Below, one piece after another: positions 26,315 through 35,694 of a stretch of 64,000 bases of DNA. The stretch is from an uncultured Peptostreptococcaceae bacterium (GTDB taxonomy: Bacteria; Bacillota; Clostridia; Peptostreptococcales; BM714), in NCBI GenBank assembly GCA_964484935.1, contig CAZAFW010000005.1:291-64290 (forward strand), read 5' to 3'. Under the pieces are notes generated by a model. That model was not told where the DNA came from, ran no database searches, and saw only the letters and a list, made by a program, of their open reading frames with translations. The position numbers were made by a program, and so were the translations under genes. Every line of letters begins with the position of its first letter. Position 1 is the stretch's first letter.

Positions 26315-27916
26315 CTATTTCATTGCTATAAGCTTTACTTTTTTCCCTCTTTCCGATTCTACTTTTTCATTTTTTTTGTCGTTTTTTATTTCTTCATTCC
26401 TGTTTTCATCAGGCTCTGCGTCTTTTACCTTTCCACCGGAGCTATTTTCCTTGCTTGCTTGATTCTTCGGCAAACTTTCAATGTCCGCATTTGATGATGG
26501 ACTGTTTTTTTCAGTCTTGGCGACTTTTTCTTTTGCCTTTTTCTCCAGTCCGCCCGACCCATCACCATCGGCGGCTTTTAATGAATTTTCTTTTTTAAAC
26601 CCGATTTTGTTTCCGCCACTCGAATCTGTTTGGGTCTTTTCCCCACTGGCAATATTCGACGGACCGACAAAATCATCAACCTTGGCAACTTTTTTATTCG
26701 ATTGTTTTTCGGATTTGCCCGTCGCATCGTCTTTAACAGCTTTGCCTGTTTCTTCGTTGTCAATCTTGATTTTGTTTCCGCCGCTTGACGCAATTTCAAC
26801 CTTCTTTTCATTTTGTTTCTTCGCAAGACCGGCAAATGCAACTTCTGCTTGCTCTTTTTTATCTTTAACCGACAAAACATCTTCAAATCCGTCCGCAAGA
26901 GTCATGTCTGCAATTTCTTCGTTTCCGCCCAGCGCGGTTTTGTCATTCTTTTTCTCCGATGTTTTGCCATTTTCAGACTTTCGATCTTTTGCCGCATCGG
27001 CTTTCATAGACACTTTTTCTTTTTTATGGCCAGAAAGACCCGGGATATCAACATTTCCAAGCATTTCTTCGCTCTGCGCTTTTTCAGGCGTCTTTGCCGT
27101 ATGATTGGACTGTTGCGATATTTCTCTTCGCCCGTCTTTTGCAAGACTTTTGAAAACACGCACTTTTTCTTCATCTATCAAACTGTTTTCAATTATTTCT
27201 GAAGCCTTCATGCCGTTTATTTCCTCTAGGCTGAATGGCGCGACCTCTCCGCAAATTTCATACACCTTGTATTTGCCCAGGCTGGTCTCCATAGTTTTGC
27301 TTTCTTCGTAGTCTTCCCTATCGACTTCAAGAACAAAAACCTCTATTTGCTTTTGGGCTATCATGGGCTCTTCAAAAATTTTTCCGGCTATTTGTTCGGC
27401 ATAACCGGCCTTGCCGGATTTCAAATCCGCCGCCGAAACGATAACCTTTGAATCCGCTTTCAAATAATGGGTTTTTTCCGCCTCTTCAAGTGTCCTGTTT
27501 ATGGCTTTCTCAATGCTTAGTCCCTCCAAACCGCAGTCAGCTATGTCCCGTCCGTCTTCATTCATCGCTTCCGCCCGAATGACAAAATTATCCTTGTCCA
27601 GGTAATATTGAATGCTTGGATTAATATCCATGCTGACCACCGCATACACATTTTGAGACGGCAATTTCTCAAATCCAAAGGCCATCGCGATTGCAAAAAT
27701 TACCATTGCCGCAGAAAACAAACCTCTGTAGACTTTCTTGCGCCCTGCCTGTTTTCCCTCATAAATGTCTTCCCGGGTATATATGATTCTGTCTCCCTCC
27801 GAAAGAGAACCTTTCTTTACAACCTTTTCATATACTCCCTCATCGCTAAGTACAATTCCGTAATTTTTTTTGACTTCGATTACGATCCCCTTATTTATCA
27901 ACAAGCTCCCCTCCAT
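26315..27916 (-). CDS. rsgI: Anti-sigma-I factor RsgI-like protein with long Lys/Glu/Ser/Gly-rich extracytoplasmic tail
   Basis: RsgI_N-like N-terminus KGIVIEVKKNYGIVLSDEGVYEKV and a single TM (LFSAAMVIFAIAMAFGF). The C-terminal ~280 aa are low-complexity with repeated SSGGNK / SGG motifs. The ATG at 27914-27916 overlaps the sigI 3' end by 26 nt. Confidence 0.7.
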   Translation of the reverse strand: MEGSLLINKGIVIEVKKNYGIVLSDEGVYEKVVKKGSLSEGDRIIYTREDIYEGKQAGRKKVYRGLFSAAMVIFAIAMAFGFEKLPSQNVYAVVSMDINPSIQYYLDKDNFVIRAEAMNEDGRDIADCGLEGLSIEKAINRTLEEAEKTHYLKADSKVIVSAADLKSGKAGYAEQIAGKIFEEPMIAQKQIEVFVLEVDREDYEESKTMETSLGKYKVYEICGEVAPFSLEEINGMKASEIIENSLIDEEKVRVFKSLAKDGRREISQQSNHTAKTPEKAQSEEMLGNVDIPGLSGHKKEKVSMKADAAKDRKSENGKTSEKKNDKTALGGNEEIADMTLADGFEDVLSVKDKKEQAEVAFAGLAKKQNEKKVEIASSGGNKIKIDNEETGKAVKDDATGKSEKQSNKKVAKVDDFVGPSNIASGEKTQTDSSGGNKIGFKKENSLKAADGDGSGGLEKKAKEKVAKTEKNSPSSNADIESLPKNQASKENSSGGKVKDAEPDENRNEEIKNDKKNEKVESERGKKVKLIAMK

Positions 27917-28628
27917 CCTCGTCAAATTCAGGCAATTGATTTCTAATATCAGGCCAGTCATTAATTAATATAAGAACTGCCGCCGTTATGAATCCATTGC
28001 TTCTGCGAATCGACTTTTGGCTTATTTGCATCTCTTTTCTTATATGGCTGAACGGCAATTTTTTTTTCGCTAAAAATTCGTTTTTCAAAATTGGGTTCGA
28101 ACTGACCATTTTTGCGATACGAAAAGCGTTTAACCTCGTATCATTGTGCTTGGGCGACTCATCAAGCAATTGTTCCAATGTTATGTCGAATTCACTAAGT
28201 TTCATTTTAAATTCTTTCAATTGCTCTTTTACGTCTATTTCGGAAGTAAAATCCCCGGAACTGAATGCCCCTTCCAAGACATTCCCTTTATCGGTTTCAA
28301 AGGAGGATAGAGGCAAAGCCCTGTTGCGGCTTTCCTTTTTTTTGTAGTCTTTTACTCTGCTCGAAATAACCAAATCGGCATATGAAATGAAATTTCCTTT
28401 GTCGGGTTCGTATCTTTGCAAAGCCTCGTCAAATGCTTTTAGCCCTATTGAAAATTCGTCGCTTTCTGTCGAATCCAGATAAGCGTCAATACATTTTGAT
28501 ACGCTTTTTACAATAAATGGGATATAATCGCGAATAAAGGCCTCTTTTTCCTGTTTGTTTCCATTTTTTATCGATTTTATTCTTCTTTCAATAACTTGAG
28601 CGCCCTTGCTTGAAGTTCTTTTAACCAC
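27891..28628 (-). CDS. sigI: RNA polymerase sigma factor SigI family
   Basis: KEAFIRDYIPFIVKSVSK, GLKAFDEALQRYEPDKGNFISYADLVISSRVKDYKKKE and the C-terminal HTH region match the SigI-type sigma-70 subfamily. The gene is directly coupled to an rsgI-like gene. Confidence 0.75.
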   Translation of the reverse strand: MVKRTSSKGAQVIERRIKSIKNGNKQEKEAFIRDYIPFIVKSVSKCIDAYLDSTESDEFSIGLKAFDEALQRYEPDKGNFISYADLVISSRVKDYKKKESRNRALPLSSFETDKGNVLEGAFSSGDFTSEIDVKEQLKEFKMKLSEFDITLEQLLDESPKHNDTRLNAFRIAKMVSSNPILKNEFLAKKKLPFSHIRKEMQISQKSIRRSNGFITAAVLILINDWPDIRNQLPEFDEDGGELVDK

Positions 28629-28711
28629 GATAATATTCCCCCGTCGTATAAAGGATACGTCCGCCTTGATTATTTTAAGTCGCTATAGCGTCAAAAAGTA
28701 AAAATTTAGTT

Positions 28712-28801
28712 CTATTTTTTTCTTTTTCCATATCCAAAAACCCTCAAATAAATATAAACAGCAAAAAAAGTAGCCGCCGCCAAACCGATGAATGTCTGCA
28801 T
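28712..28801 (-). CDS. Possible 29-aa hydrophobic micropeptide (unannotated by ORF track)
   Basis: GGAGGG lies 6 nt before the ATG (28799-28801). My translation is MQTFIGLAAATFFAVYIYLRVFGYGKRKK*, a single TM plus a basic tail. There is no homology evidence. Confidence 0.3.
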   Translation of the reverse strand: MQTFIGLAAATFFAVYIYLRVFGYGKRKK

Positions 28802-28816
28802 AATGTCCCTCCAATA

Positions 28817-29401
28817 TCATTTTTTTATTATTTTTGCCATCTCTTTTGTCATGATTGAAGCCATGGTCTTGTTGCCTTCGACATTAAGATGCAATCCGTC
28901 AGAGTACAAATCCCTGCCTGCATCAGGATGTTTTTCCTTAAAATGACCGTAAAAGTCAATGAAGGCGATTCCAAATATTTCTGCATACAATCCTACCCAT
29001 TCCCTGTATTCCAAAAGTTTTTTGCGGACCGTTCCGAAATCTGCGAACCTCAACCATTCCTTGCGAACCATGTCTTCCAATATGTCAACCTCGATTCCTA
29101 TGACAGGCAATATGCCCCGTGCCAGCGATTGGTAGGCCATTGAGGACATGTTGGCTTTGACCCTGCTTGCCGGCTCGCCTACAATGAAATCATTGGCTCC
29201 ACCCATCAATACAACCGCTTTTGGTTTTTCGTTTAAAACATCCTCATTGAAACGCGAGAGCATTCCTCCAGTTGTATCTCCATTGACCCCTTTATTTACA
29301 TATATATCTCCCGACTGCCCGGATGCAATGCTTGTCCAAACATCTCTTCGCCCGACCCCGTATCCATATGTCAAACTATCCCCCAAACATACAATCTTCA
29401 T
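28817..29401 (-). CDS. SGNH/GDSL family hydrolase
   Basis: Block I CLGDSLTYG, block III GGANDF, block V DGLHLN. Confidence 0.8.
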   Translation of the reverse strand: MKIVCLGDSLTYGYGVGRRDVWTSIASGQSGDIYVNKGVNGDTTGGMLSRFNEDVLNEKPKAVVLMGGANDFIVGEPASRVKANMSSMAYQSLARGILPVIGIEVDILEDMVRKEWLRFADFGTVRKKLLEYREWVGLYAEIFGIAFIDFYGHFKEKHPDAGRDLYSDGLHLNVEGNKTMASIMTKEMAKIIKK

Positions 29402-29446
29402 TTATCCTCCCCTTGTTGCCTTTTTATTTATTATATATTACGCAGA

Positions 29447-29490
29447 ATAAAAAAGGAATCCATCGAAACATATGGATTCCTTTCTTTTTT
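29447..29490 (-). terminator. Bidirectional rho-independent terminator
   Basis: AGGAATCCAT (29454-29463) pairs with ATGGATTCCT (29472-29481). An A-run and a T-run flank it on both sides. Confidence 0.8.
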
Positions 29491-29751
29491 TTATGCCAAT
29501 TCTTCTATGTCGTTTTCCAAGTCCCCTATTTCCGTGAAAATTGCGGTCAATTTCTCCGCATCCACCTCCGAATCCGTTTTATGTGCCTCATAAACCAATT
29601 CGCCTATTGCTCTCTTTTTTGCCTTGATTTCGGATTCAAGCTGGGCCTTGCTGATTTTCATTTTTCCTGTCTCTACAAGTTCAGCCGATTTCGCTCCTAT
29701 TGTTGAAGCCGTATCCTTTGTGGTGCTTTTTATCTTATCCAACAAACTCAT
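29491..29751 (-). CDS. Hypothetical small coiled-coil protein (86 aa)
   Basis: ORF with SD GGAGGCGAAAAT before the ATG. Sequence is charged and helical. No motif recognised. Confidence 0.5.
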   Translation of the reverse strand: MSLLDKIKSTTKDTASTIGAKSAELVETGKMKISKAQLESEIKAKKRAIGELVYEAHKTDSEVDAEKLTAIFTEIGDLENDIEELA

Positions 29752-29844
29752 ATTTTCGCCTCCTGTATTATTTGTCTTCTTTTAACAAATACCCTCCATT
29801 ATAAAAATTATTCATTGCCATTGACTTGAACGCATATGATTTTT

Positions 29845-30417
29845 TTACTTTCGCGACTGCTCGAGAGCTCCGTTTATGAAATTGTTTATGAATCGGATGT
29901 TCCTTTCCTTGTCGTCCGGGAAATCCCTTATGCATGAAACGATGGAAAGGGATATTATCCTTGCAACCCTTTTGGAATCCTCCTTGTCCATGCCTTTTGA
30001 CTCGCCTTTGACTGTTTCTTGCATCAGTATTTCAATACGAAGTTGAATTTCTTCCCAAACCCCATTCAGGCTTACCAGGAAAGCCATAGACTCAAGGTCC
30101 ATCTCACCCGTATTCATATTCATTTGCTCTTCGAAATGATCATACATGTTTTTTATGAACAACATGGATTTCAACCGGGGATTTACCCCCGACTTCATTA
30201 TTTCATCCGTTTTTATAAATACGCGCTTCCAGTATTCTGATGAAATATCGCAAAACAGCATTTTTTTGCTGGGCCAATAATTGTAAAGCGTCCCCACAGC
30301 AACTCCCGCATGCCTTGCAATTTCTTTCATATCAGATTTGACATAACCCTTTTCACGAAAAATTATTTCCGCCGAGTCCATTATTCTCGTTTCCGCATTC
30401 TTTATTTTTTTAGGCAT
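29845..30417 (-). CDS. TetR/AcrR family transcriptional regulator
   Basis: HTH IMDSAEIIFREKGYVKSDMKEIARHAGVAVGTLYNYWPSKKMLF. Start moved to MPKKIK (ATG 30415-30417). The 53-aa N-terminal extension in the ORF track has no TetR counterpart. Confidence 0.75.
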   Translation of the reverse strand: MPKKIKNAETRIMDSAEIIFREKGYVKSDMKEIARHAGVAVGTLYNYWPSKKMLFCDISSEYWKRVFIKTDEIMKSGVNPRLKSMLFIKNMYDHFEEQMNMNTGEMDLESMAFLVSLNGVWEEIQLRIEILMQETVKGESKGMDKEDSKRVARIISLSIVSCIRDFPDDKERNIRFINNFINGALEQSRK

Positions 30418-30586
30418 CCGACCAACCCTTTTGTATTCAGTGGTGTATGAATCCGATTCATTCAAGCTTTCCGTTTCATTATACCAAATTTTGCTGCAAA
30501 TGCCACCTATGCAATGAGTTTTAATGTTTAAATCGCTTAAGTCAGAAAGGATTTGTTTCAGATGGAGTGAATGCATGGAAAGACCT

Positions 30587-30615
30587 TTGACTAGTTTTTA
30601 CAAACGGGTTATTAT
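30587..30615 (+). promoter_or_regulatory. Putative sigma-A promoter of the HD-GYP gene
   Basis: TTGACT (30587-30592), a 17-nt spacer, then TATTAT (30610-30615), about 45 nt upstream of the ATG at 30662. Confidence 0.45.
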
Positions 30616-30661
30616 ATAAATTGAATAGTTTCGAAATTATAAAGAGAAAGGATTGTCCGCA

Positions 30662-31783
30662 ATGCGACTCGTTCCCATAAGCTGCATAAAAGAGAATACA
30701 CCCTTAGCTAAAACCATATATGATATAGACGGCAGGACGCTTCTTAAGAGAGGAGTTCCCCTAAACGGAAAACTTATTTCAAAAATAAAAAAATACGGTA
30801 TTCAATCCCTTTATATCGACGACAACTACAGCCACATGGAAATCAAGGAAATCATCAAGCCTGAAATTAAGCGACGGGCATTGAAAGCCATCAAATCGAC
30901 TTTCGACACGCTTAAAAAGCAGAGCGAACATTTCGACAAAAACGGAACCGAACATGTTTCAACTCTTGCCCAAATAGCCAAGGATATCGTAAACGACCTT
31001 TTGTCACGCAATCAAATATTCATAAACCTTGTAGATATAAAGACCATGGACAATTACACTTATGAACACTCTCTTAGCGTTGCCATACTTTCTCTCATTC
31101 TTGGAGTCGAAGTTGGCCTTGATAAGGATGAGCTCTGCGATTTGTGCATAGGCGCAATGCTTCACGATGTAGGAAAAATTTTCGTCCCCCTTGAAATCTT
31201 GAACAAGCCCTCCACACTTACACAACATGAATACGAAATAATAAGAAGCCATGCATCAAACGGATATGACTATCTGTACAATGACCACACAGTCAAATCG
31301 TCCTCAAGGCTCATAGCCCTTCAGCACCACGAATCATGCGACGGCACCGGATACCCGAAGTGTCTCATGGCCTCCCAAATCCATAAGTTTTCAAAAATTG
31401 TTGCCATAGCGGACATATACGACGCAATGACTTCCGACAGGCCCTATAGACCTGGAATTCAACCTCATGAAGTAATAGAGTACATAATGGGGAACGCCGG
31501 AGGCAGATTCGACTACGACTTGGTTGTTTCCTTCGTAAGGAAAATCATACCTTATCCTGTTGGAACGCTTGTGGAACTTAGCACAGGCCATTGCGCATTC
31601 GTCGAAGAAATCAATGTCAACTACCCCTTGCGCCCGATTGTGTGCATAAAGGCGCCTTCAGACAAAGACATCGACGGCAAGACAATTGATCTTCTAGAAA
31701 TAACAAATATAGTCATACGCAGAATCCAGTATAATCTGCCCGGCTCAAATCAAGGAAGCCTTTATAAATTTTCACAACAATAA
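30662..31783 (+). CDS. HD-GYP domain c-di-GMP phosphodiesterase
   Basis: HD motif GAMLHDVGKIFVP and the HHESCDGTGYP (HHExxDGxGYP) motif. The ATG at 30662 has AAAGGA 9 nt upstream. Confidence 0.85.
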   Translation: MRLVPISCIKENTPLAKTIYDIDGRTLLKRGVPLNGKLISKIKKYGIQSLYIDDNYSHMEIKEIIKPEIKRRALKAIKSTFDTLKKQSEHFDKNGTEHVSTLAQIAKDIVNDLLSRNQIFINLVDIKTMDNYTYEHSLSVAILSLILGVEVGLDKDELCDLCIGAMLHDVGKIFVPLEILNKPSTLTQHEYEIIRSHASNGYDYLYNDHTVKSSSRLIALQHHESCDGTGYPKCLMASQIHKFSKIVAIADIYDAMTSDRPYRPGIQPHEVIEYIMGNAGGRFDYDLVVSFVRKIIPYPVGTLVELSTGHCAFVEEINVNYPLRPIVCIKAPSDKDIDGKTIDLLEITNIVIRRIQYNLPGSNQGSLYKFSQQ

Positions 31784-31807
31784 TCATAGTGTGTCGGTTT
31801 ATATTTC

Positions 31808-32134
31808 TTAAAAATCCATTTCATTTTCTTCTCCATAGTCGACATATGCTATTTTGATCTGTTGCAAATGCTTTTCCATCTTGTCCGCCAACTCGCCAAT
31901 TCCAAAATTATCCTTTCTCTTCGCGACAGTCACCGCATGGGAAGCCATTGCAGTGAGGTCCTTGAAACCAAAAGTGTTTGCTGTCTCCCTCATCATCTTT
32001 AGTATTTCGACCGTCCCTTCAAAGTCTCCAATTTCAACGTGTCCCCTGATGTCGGCAATGTCTTTTTTTCTGTCCAAAATGAATTGCGGAACGAATTCGG
32101 CAAAAATTTGGTCGATGTAAATGACTCCTTTCAT
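31808..32134 (-). CDS. Small Hpt-like protein lacking the phospho-accepting His (tentative)
   Basis: 108 aa. GDFEGTVEILKMMRETANTFGFKDL aligns by eye with the Hpt consensus (aHxLKGsaxnlGa), but with Lys where the His would be. This is a weak, memory-based call. Confidence 0.3.
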   Translation of the reverse strand: MKGVIYIDQIFAEFVPQFILDRKKDIADIRGHVEIGDFEGTVEILKMMRETANTFGFKDLTAMASHAVTVAKRKDNFGIGELADKMEKHLQQIKIAYVDYGEENEMDF

Positions 32135-32246
32135 GAAATCACCTCCCGCTTTCTTTGATAATTCTTATACCCATTAAATGAATTTCATAAATATATACGA
32201 CCAAAAATAACCTCTTGACCGATCCTGATGTTTAAGCAAAAATAGT

Positions 32247-32274
32247 AAAAAGCTTCGATTAAAACCGAAGCTTT
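32247..32274 (-). terminator. Rho-independent terminator
   Basis: AAAAGCTTCG (32247-32256) pairs with CGAAGCTTTT (32265-32274), immediately after the stop at 32275. Confidence 0.7.
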
Positions 32275-32790
32275 TCAATCAATGACATAAGCCGCAACAA
32301 TTTCCGCAAAATATATATTGTGGAAGTCATCCTGCCTGTAGTGCACGTTCTTGATTTTTTCAGGAAATGAATCCTCTTTGGTTTCATTTTTCATAATTAC
32401 TTTGCAGTCGAGATGCAGTTCGCAGTCCCCCACTATGTATGTTTCCAGTGTTTTAGATTTCATTGCGGTCAAATTGCACTCCGAAAATTTATCTATGCTT
32501 TCACCGGATGTACGTCCGCATAAGAGCAATTCATCACTGAAATCCGTCCCGAGGGGAATGCTTATTGTGAATTCGCCTGTTTTTTCTATGAGTCCGTACG
32601 AAAAGCTCGAAGGCCTTACCAAGCCCGTGAATATGGGCATGCCCCACATTATGCCTATGCTTGCCCATCCTATTGTCGTTGTGTTGGCTGTGCTTCCATT
32701 CCTGGTGCTCAAAAATACGCCTTTGGGCAACTGCCTAAGCAATTCCACGGAATAGAATTCATAATCAACTTCACGATACAAACCGACCAC
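32275..32790 (-). CDS. Flavin reductase-like (FMN-binding split-barrel) protein
   Basis: LPKGVFLSTRNGSTANTTTIGWASIG...TGEFTISIP pattern typical of the flavin reductase-like domain. Confidence 0.6.
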   Translation of the reverse strand: MVGLYREVDYEFYSVELLRQLPKGVFLSTRNGSTANTTTIGWASIGIMWGMPIFTGLVRPSSFSYGLIEKTGEFTISIPLGTDFSDELLLCGRTSGESIDKFSECNLTAMKSKTLETYIVGDCELHLDCKVIMKNETKEDSFPEKIKNVHYRQDDFHNIYFAEIVAAYVID

Positions 32791-32854
32791 CTCAAGTCCT
32801 CATTGAATTTTATAGCCTAGTGTTGAGCTTTATACCCGTTTGCATCTTAAATAA

Positions 32855-33583
32855 TCAGTCCCCGCGCAGACTCTGAAGTTCATTTTGTATTTCGCTCTTT
32901 ACTTTTTCAGCAATTTTCATTGTATCCCTTGGCGGTATGCCTTCGAGGTCTGCCGGTTTCAAAACCGAAACTTTAACTTTAGCCGATTTAACTCTCAAAG
33001 TATCCCTGCCTTGAATTCTCCATGTCCCTTCAATTGCTACAGGCAGCAAGGCGGCCTTGGTTTTGGTGTATATCTTGAAAGCTCCCGGCTTGAATTCTCC
33101 AATTAATCCAGCCCCGCTCCGTGTCCCTTCGGGAAATACGCACATTGCATTGCCGCTTTTGACAGTTTCAGCGGCTTTACCAATCGACTTGAGCGCCGCT
33201 CTGGGATTGCTTCTGTCCATGAATACACAATTGAGATGCCTCATCCATCGTCCTACTATAGGGACTTTTCTCAGTTCTTCTTTTGACAAAAATCCTACCG
33301 GCCGGCCAAGGTGTCCCAAGAGCAAAGGTATGTCAAAATTGCTTTGGTGGTTTGAAATGAAAAGCACCGGTCCTTTTTTAGGAATGTTTTCAAGCCCTAT
33401 GACTTCGACACTGCTGCCGCTTAGTGAAACAACCGATTTGCCCCACATTCGCGCTATCTTTTGAGACAAGGCTTTGCTTCCTGTTTTTGAAAAAATATTA
33501 ATTATTTCAACTATAAGCATAGCAGGCAGAGTCAGAAAAAGCCCCGCCCAAAGTAATAAGTAAAAGTATACTGTTCTAAACAT
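32855..33583 (-). CDS. plsC: 1-acyl-sn-glycerol-3-phosphate acyltransferase
   Basis: HX4D motif NHQSNFD, FPEGTRS, and an N-terminal membrane anchor. Confidence 0.8.
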   Translation of the reverse strand: MFRTVYFYLLLWAGLFLTLPAMLIVEIINIFSKTGSKALSQKIARMWGKSVVSLSGSSVEVIGLENIPKKGPVLFISNHQSNFDIPLLLGHLGRPVGFLSKEELRKVPIVGRWMRHLNCVFMDRSNPRAALKSIGKAAETVKSGNAMCVFPEGTRSGAGLIGEFKPGAFKIYTKTKAALLPVAIEGTWRIQGRDTLRVKSAKVKVSVLKPADLEGIPPRDTMKIAEKVKSEIQNELQSLRGD

Positions 33584-33597
33584 TATAAATTTCTCCT

Positions 33598-34653
33598 CTA
33601 TTCTTTTTCATCGGTTTCATTTTCCATTTGCAGCTTCTCATTTTCTTTGGCCAGCCGGCTCTTGTACCTCATTATGGCAAGCTTCTGCATGTCTTCTATC
33701 TTGTCCTGTTCGTCCACTATTTCAACCTTTAATATCTCTTCCACTATATCCTCGAGGGTAACTATTCCGTTGAACATTCCGTACTCATCATACACCAATG
33801 CCATATGGCTTCTGTTTTTTATGAAAACATTCAAAAGATTGTCCAGACGGGTGTCGACATTAGTGAAGATGACCCCCCTTTTTTCGCACACATCTCCCAC
33901 AGAGGCTTTCATTTCTTCGCAAAAACCTATCAGTTTCTTCACATACAATATCCCTATTATATTTTCCCTTGTTTTTTCAAATACCGGGATTCTTGAAAAG
34001 CCCTTTTCCTTTATTTCTTCAAGTAGTTTGGAGTCAACCAATCTTTCTGAGTCCAGGGAGTATGAAACCGTCCTAGGCGTCATAATGTCGAATGCGCTTT
34101 TTTCGGAAAAAGACAAGGCCCCAAGTATTATTCTTTCCTCGTCCTCGTCTATGTTTGAATCGGGAGAATCCTCGTGCTCCTTTATTATTTCGCCAAGCTC
34201 GCTCTTTGACCAGATTGTGGGCAGTTCATTCCCAAGCATAAAGTCCAACATCCTTGACAAGGGGTAGCACACTGGAGAAAAAATATAAATCATCGCCTGG
34301 ACGAACCACGCAGTTCTGGCGCCAATTTTAAGTGCATTTCTTGTAAATACAGCCTGTGGAAAAATTTCTCCGAACACCAAAATCAAGCCGGTTGAGACTA
34401 TTCCGGCAACCAGCCCCGTTGCAATGCTTCCCAAAAATATTGCCATTGCGGAATTGACTGCAACATTTCCTATGAGCAGTGTGCAAAGAAGAAGATTCCC
34501 GTTTTTTCTCACCTTGTACACCTTTTGTGCCTTCTTGTCTCCAAGACGGATTTTTCTCTTCAGTTCCGACACATTGAGGCTGAATAGCCCCAGTGTCAAA
34601 CCCGAAAAAGCAGCAGACAATGATAGCAGCAGGGCTATAATGACATAGTTCAT
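33598..34653 (-). CDS. CNNM/DUF21 transmembrane domain plus CBS-pair protein (CorC/TlyC-like divalent cation transporter)
   Basis: DUF21-like N-terminus with 4 TM (GDKKAQKV...FGEIFPQA), followed by a CBS pair (IMTPRTVSYSL..., FSRIPVFE...). Confidence 0.75.
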   Translation of the reverse strand: MNYVIIALLLSLSAAFSGLTLGLFSLNVSELKRKIRLGDKKAQKVYKVRKNGNLLLCTLLIGNVAVNSAMAIFLGSIATGLVAGIVSTGLILVFGEIFPQAVFTRNALKIGARTAWFVQAMIYIFSPVCYPLSRMLDFMLGNELPTIWSKSELGEIIKEHEDSPDSNIDEDEERIILGALSFSEKSAFDIMTPRTVSYSLDSERLVDSKLLEEIKEKGFSRIPVFEKTRENIIGILYVKKLIGFCEEMKASVGDVCEKRGVIFTNVDTRLDNLLNVFIKNRSHMALVYDEYGMFNGIVTLEDIVEEILKVEIVDEQDKIEDMQKLAIMRYKSRLAKENEKLQMENETDEKE

Positions 34654-34666
34654 CCTTTACACCTTC

Positions 34667-35656
34667 CTACAACATTTTTTTGTTCTTGAAATACCTGATC
34701 ATGATAAAAACGGTCGTAACGGTAATTACCCAAAACATCGGATAGCCTGCGCGCCATCCGAACTCCGGCATATACCTGAAATTCATTCCATATATCCCAG
34801 TGAGGAATGTCAATGGTATGAATATAGTGGCAAATACGGTAAGGGTTGTCATTATCTTGTTCATCCTGTTGCTCATGTTGGACAAATAGGTATCAGACAT
34901 GCCTGTAACCATTTCCCTGTAAATCGAAAGCGAGTCTATTATATGGAAAACATGATCATAGGAATCCCTGAAGTAAATTCTCGTTTCGGGCTTTACAAAT
35001 GAAATTTCGTCCCTCGAAAGTATATTGAAAACATCCTTGAGCGGCCATACTGAACTCCTTAATACAAGAATGTTCTTCCTCAGTTTGTGGATTTCTTCGA
35101 GCACATCCTCTGTCCCCGCCCTTATCAGGCGTTCCTCGAGTATTTCTATTTTTATGTCCATTTTTTCTATCAGGTCGAAATAGTTGTTGATTATCGATTC
35201 CAGGAGTGCCTGAAGCAGGTAGTCGGGTCCGTTCTTGCGCACAAAAGAATCATCCGTTTCAATGGACTTCCTAACCTCGCTGAAGACATCCCCCTTCCTT
35301 TGCTGGAATGAAAGCAATTTGTTCTCAAAGAGTATGAAGCTGACCTGCTCGTTTATTATGCGGTTCTTGACGCCGTCATATGTAGGCATCTTGACCACTA
35401 CAAATACAAAACCCGGGTATATGTTTATTTTGGGCCTTTGCCCCTTTGTGACTATGTTCCTTTTGACGACCCTGTGGCGGGTCTTCAGGAGACCGAGAGT
35501 TTTTTCCACGGCATCCGACTTGTTCATGTCGTTAACATTTATCCATGTGATTGCATCCCGTCCTATTTCAAGCTCTTCGAAATTGTTTGCATGCTTCTTT
35601 TTCCAGAACTTTTCATTATATTCATATTTCTCGAACAATCCCGGCACGGTCAACAC
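34667..35656 (-). CDS. corA: Magnesium/cobalt transporter CorA
   Basis: GIYGMNFRYMPE (GMN motif) between two C-terminal TMs. Size is typical at 329 aa. Confidence 0.85.
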   Translation of the reverse strand: MLTVPGLFEKYEYNEKFWKKKHANNFEELEIGRDAITWINVNDMNKSDAVEKTLGLLKTRHRVVKRNIVTKGQRPKINIYPGFVFVVVKMPTYDGVKNRIINEQVSFILFENKLLSFQQRKGDVFSEVRKSIETDDSFVRKNGPDYLLQALLESIINNYFDLIEKMDIKIEILEERLIRAGTEDVLEEIHKLRKNILVLRSSVWPLKDVFNILSRDEISFVKPETRIYFRDSYDHVFHIIDSLSIYREMVTGMSDTYLSNMSNRMNKIMTTLTVFATIFIPLTFLTGIYGMNFRYMPEFGWRAGYPMFWVITVTTVFIMIRYFKNKKML

Positions 35657-35694
35657 CCCTTTTCAGTTTTCTTCAGTTGTTTTTACACGCTTCC

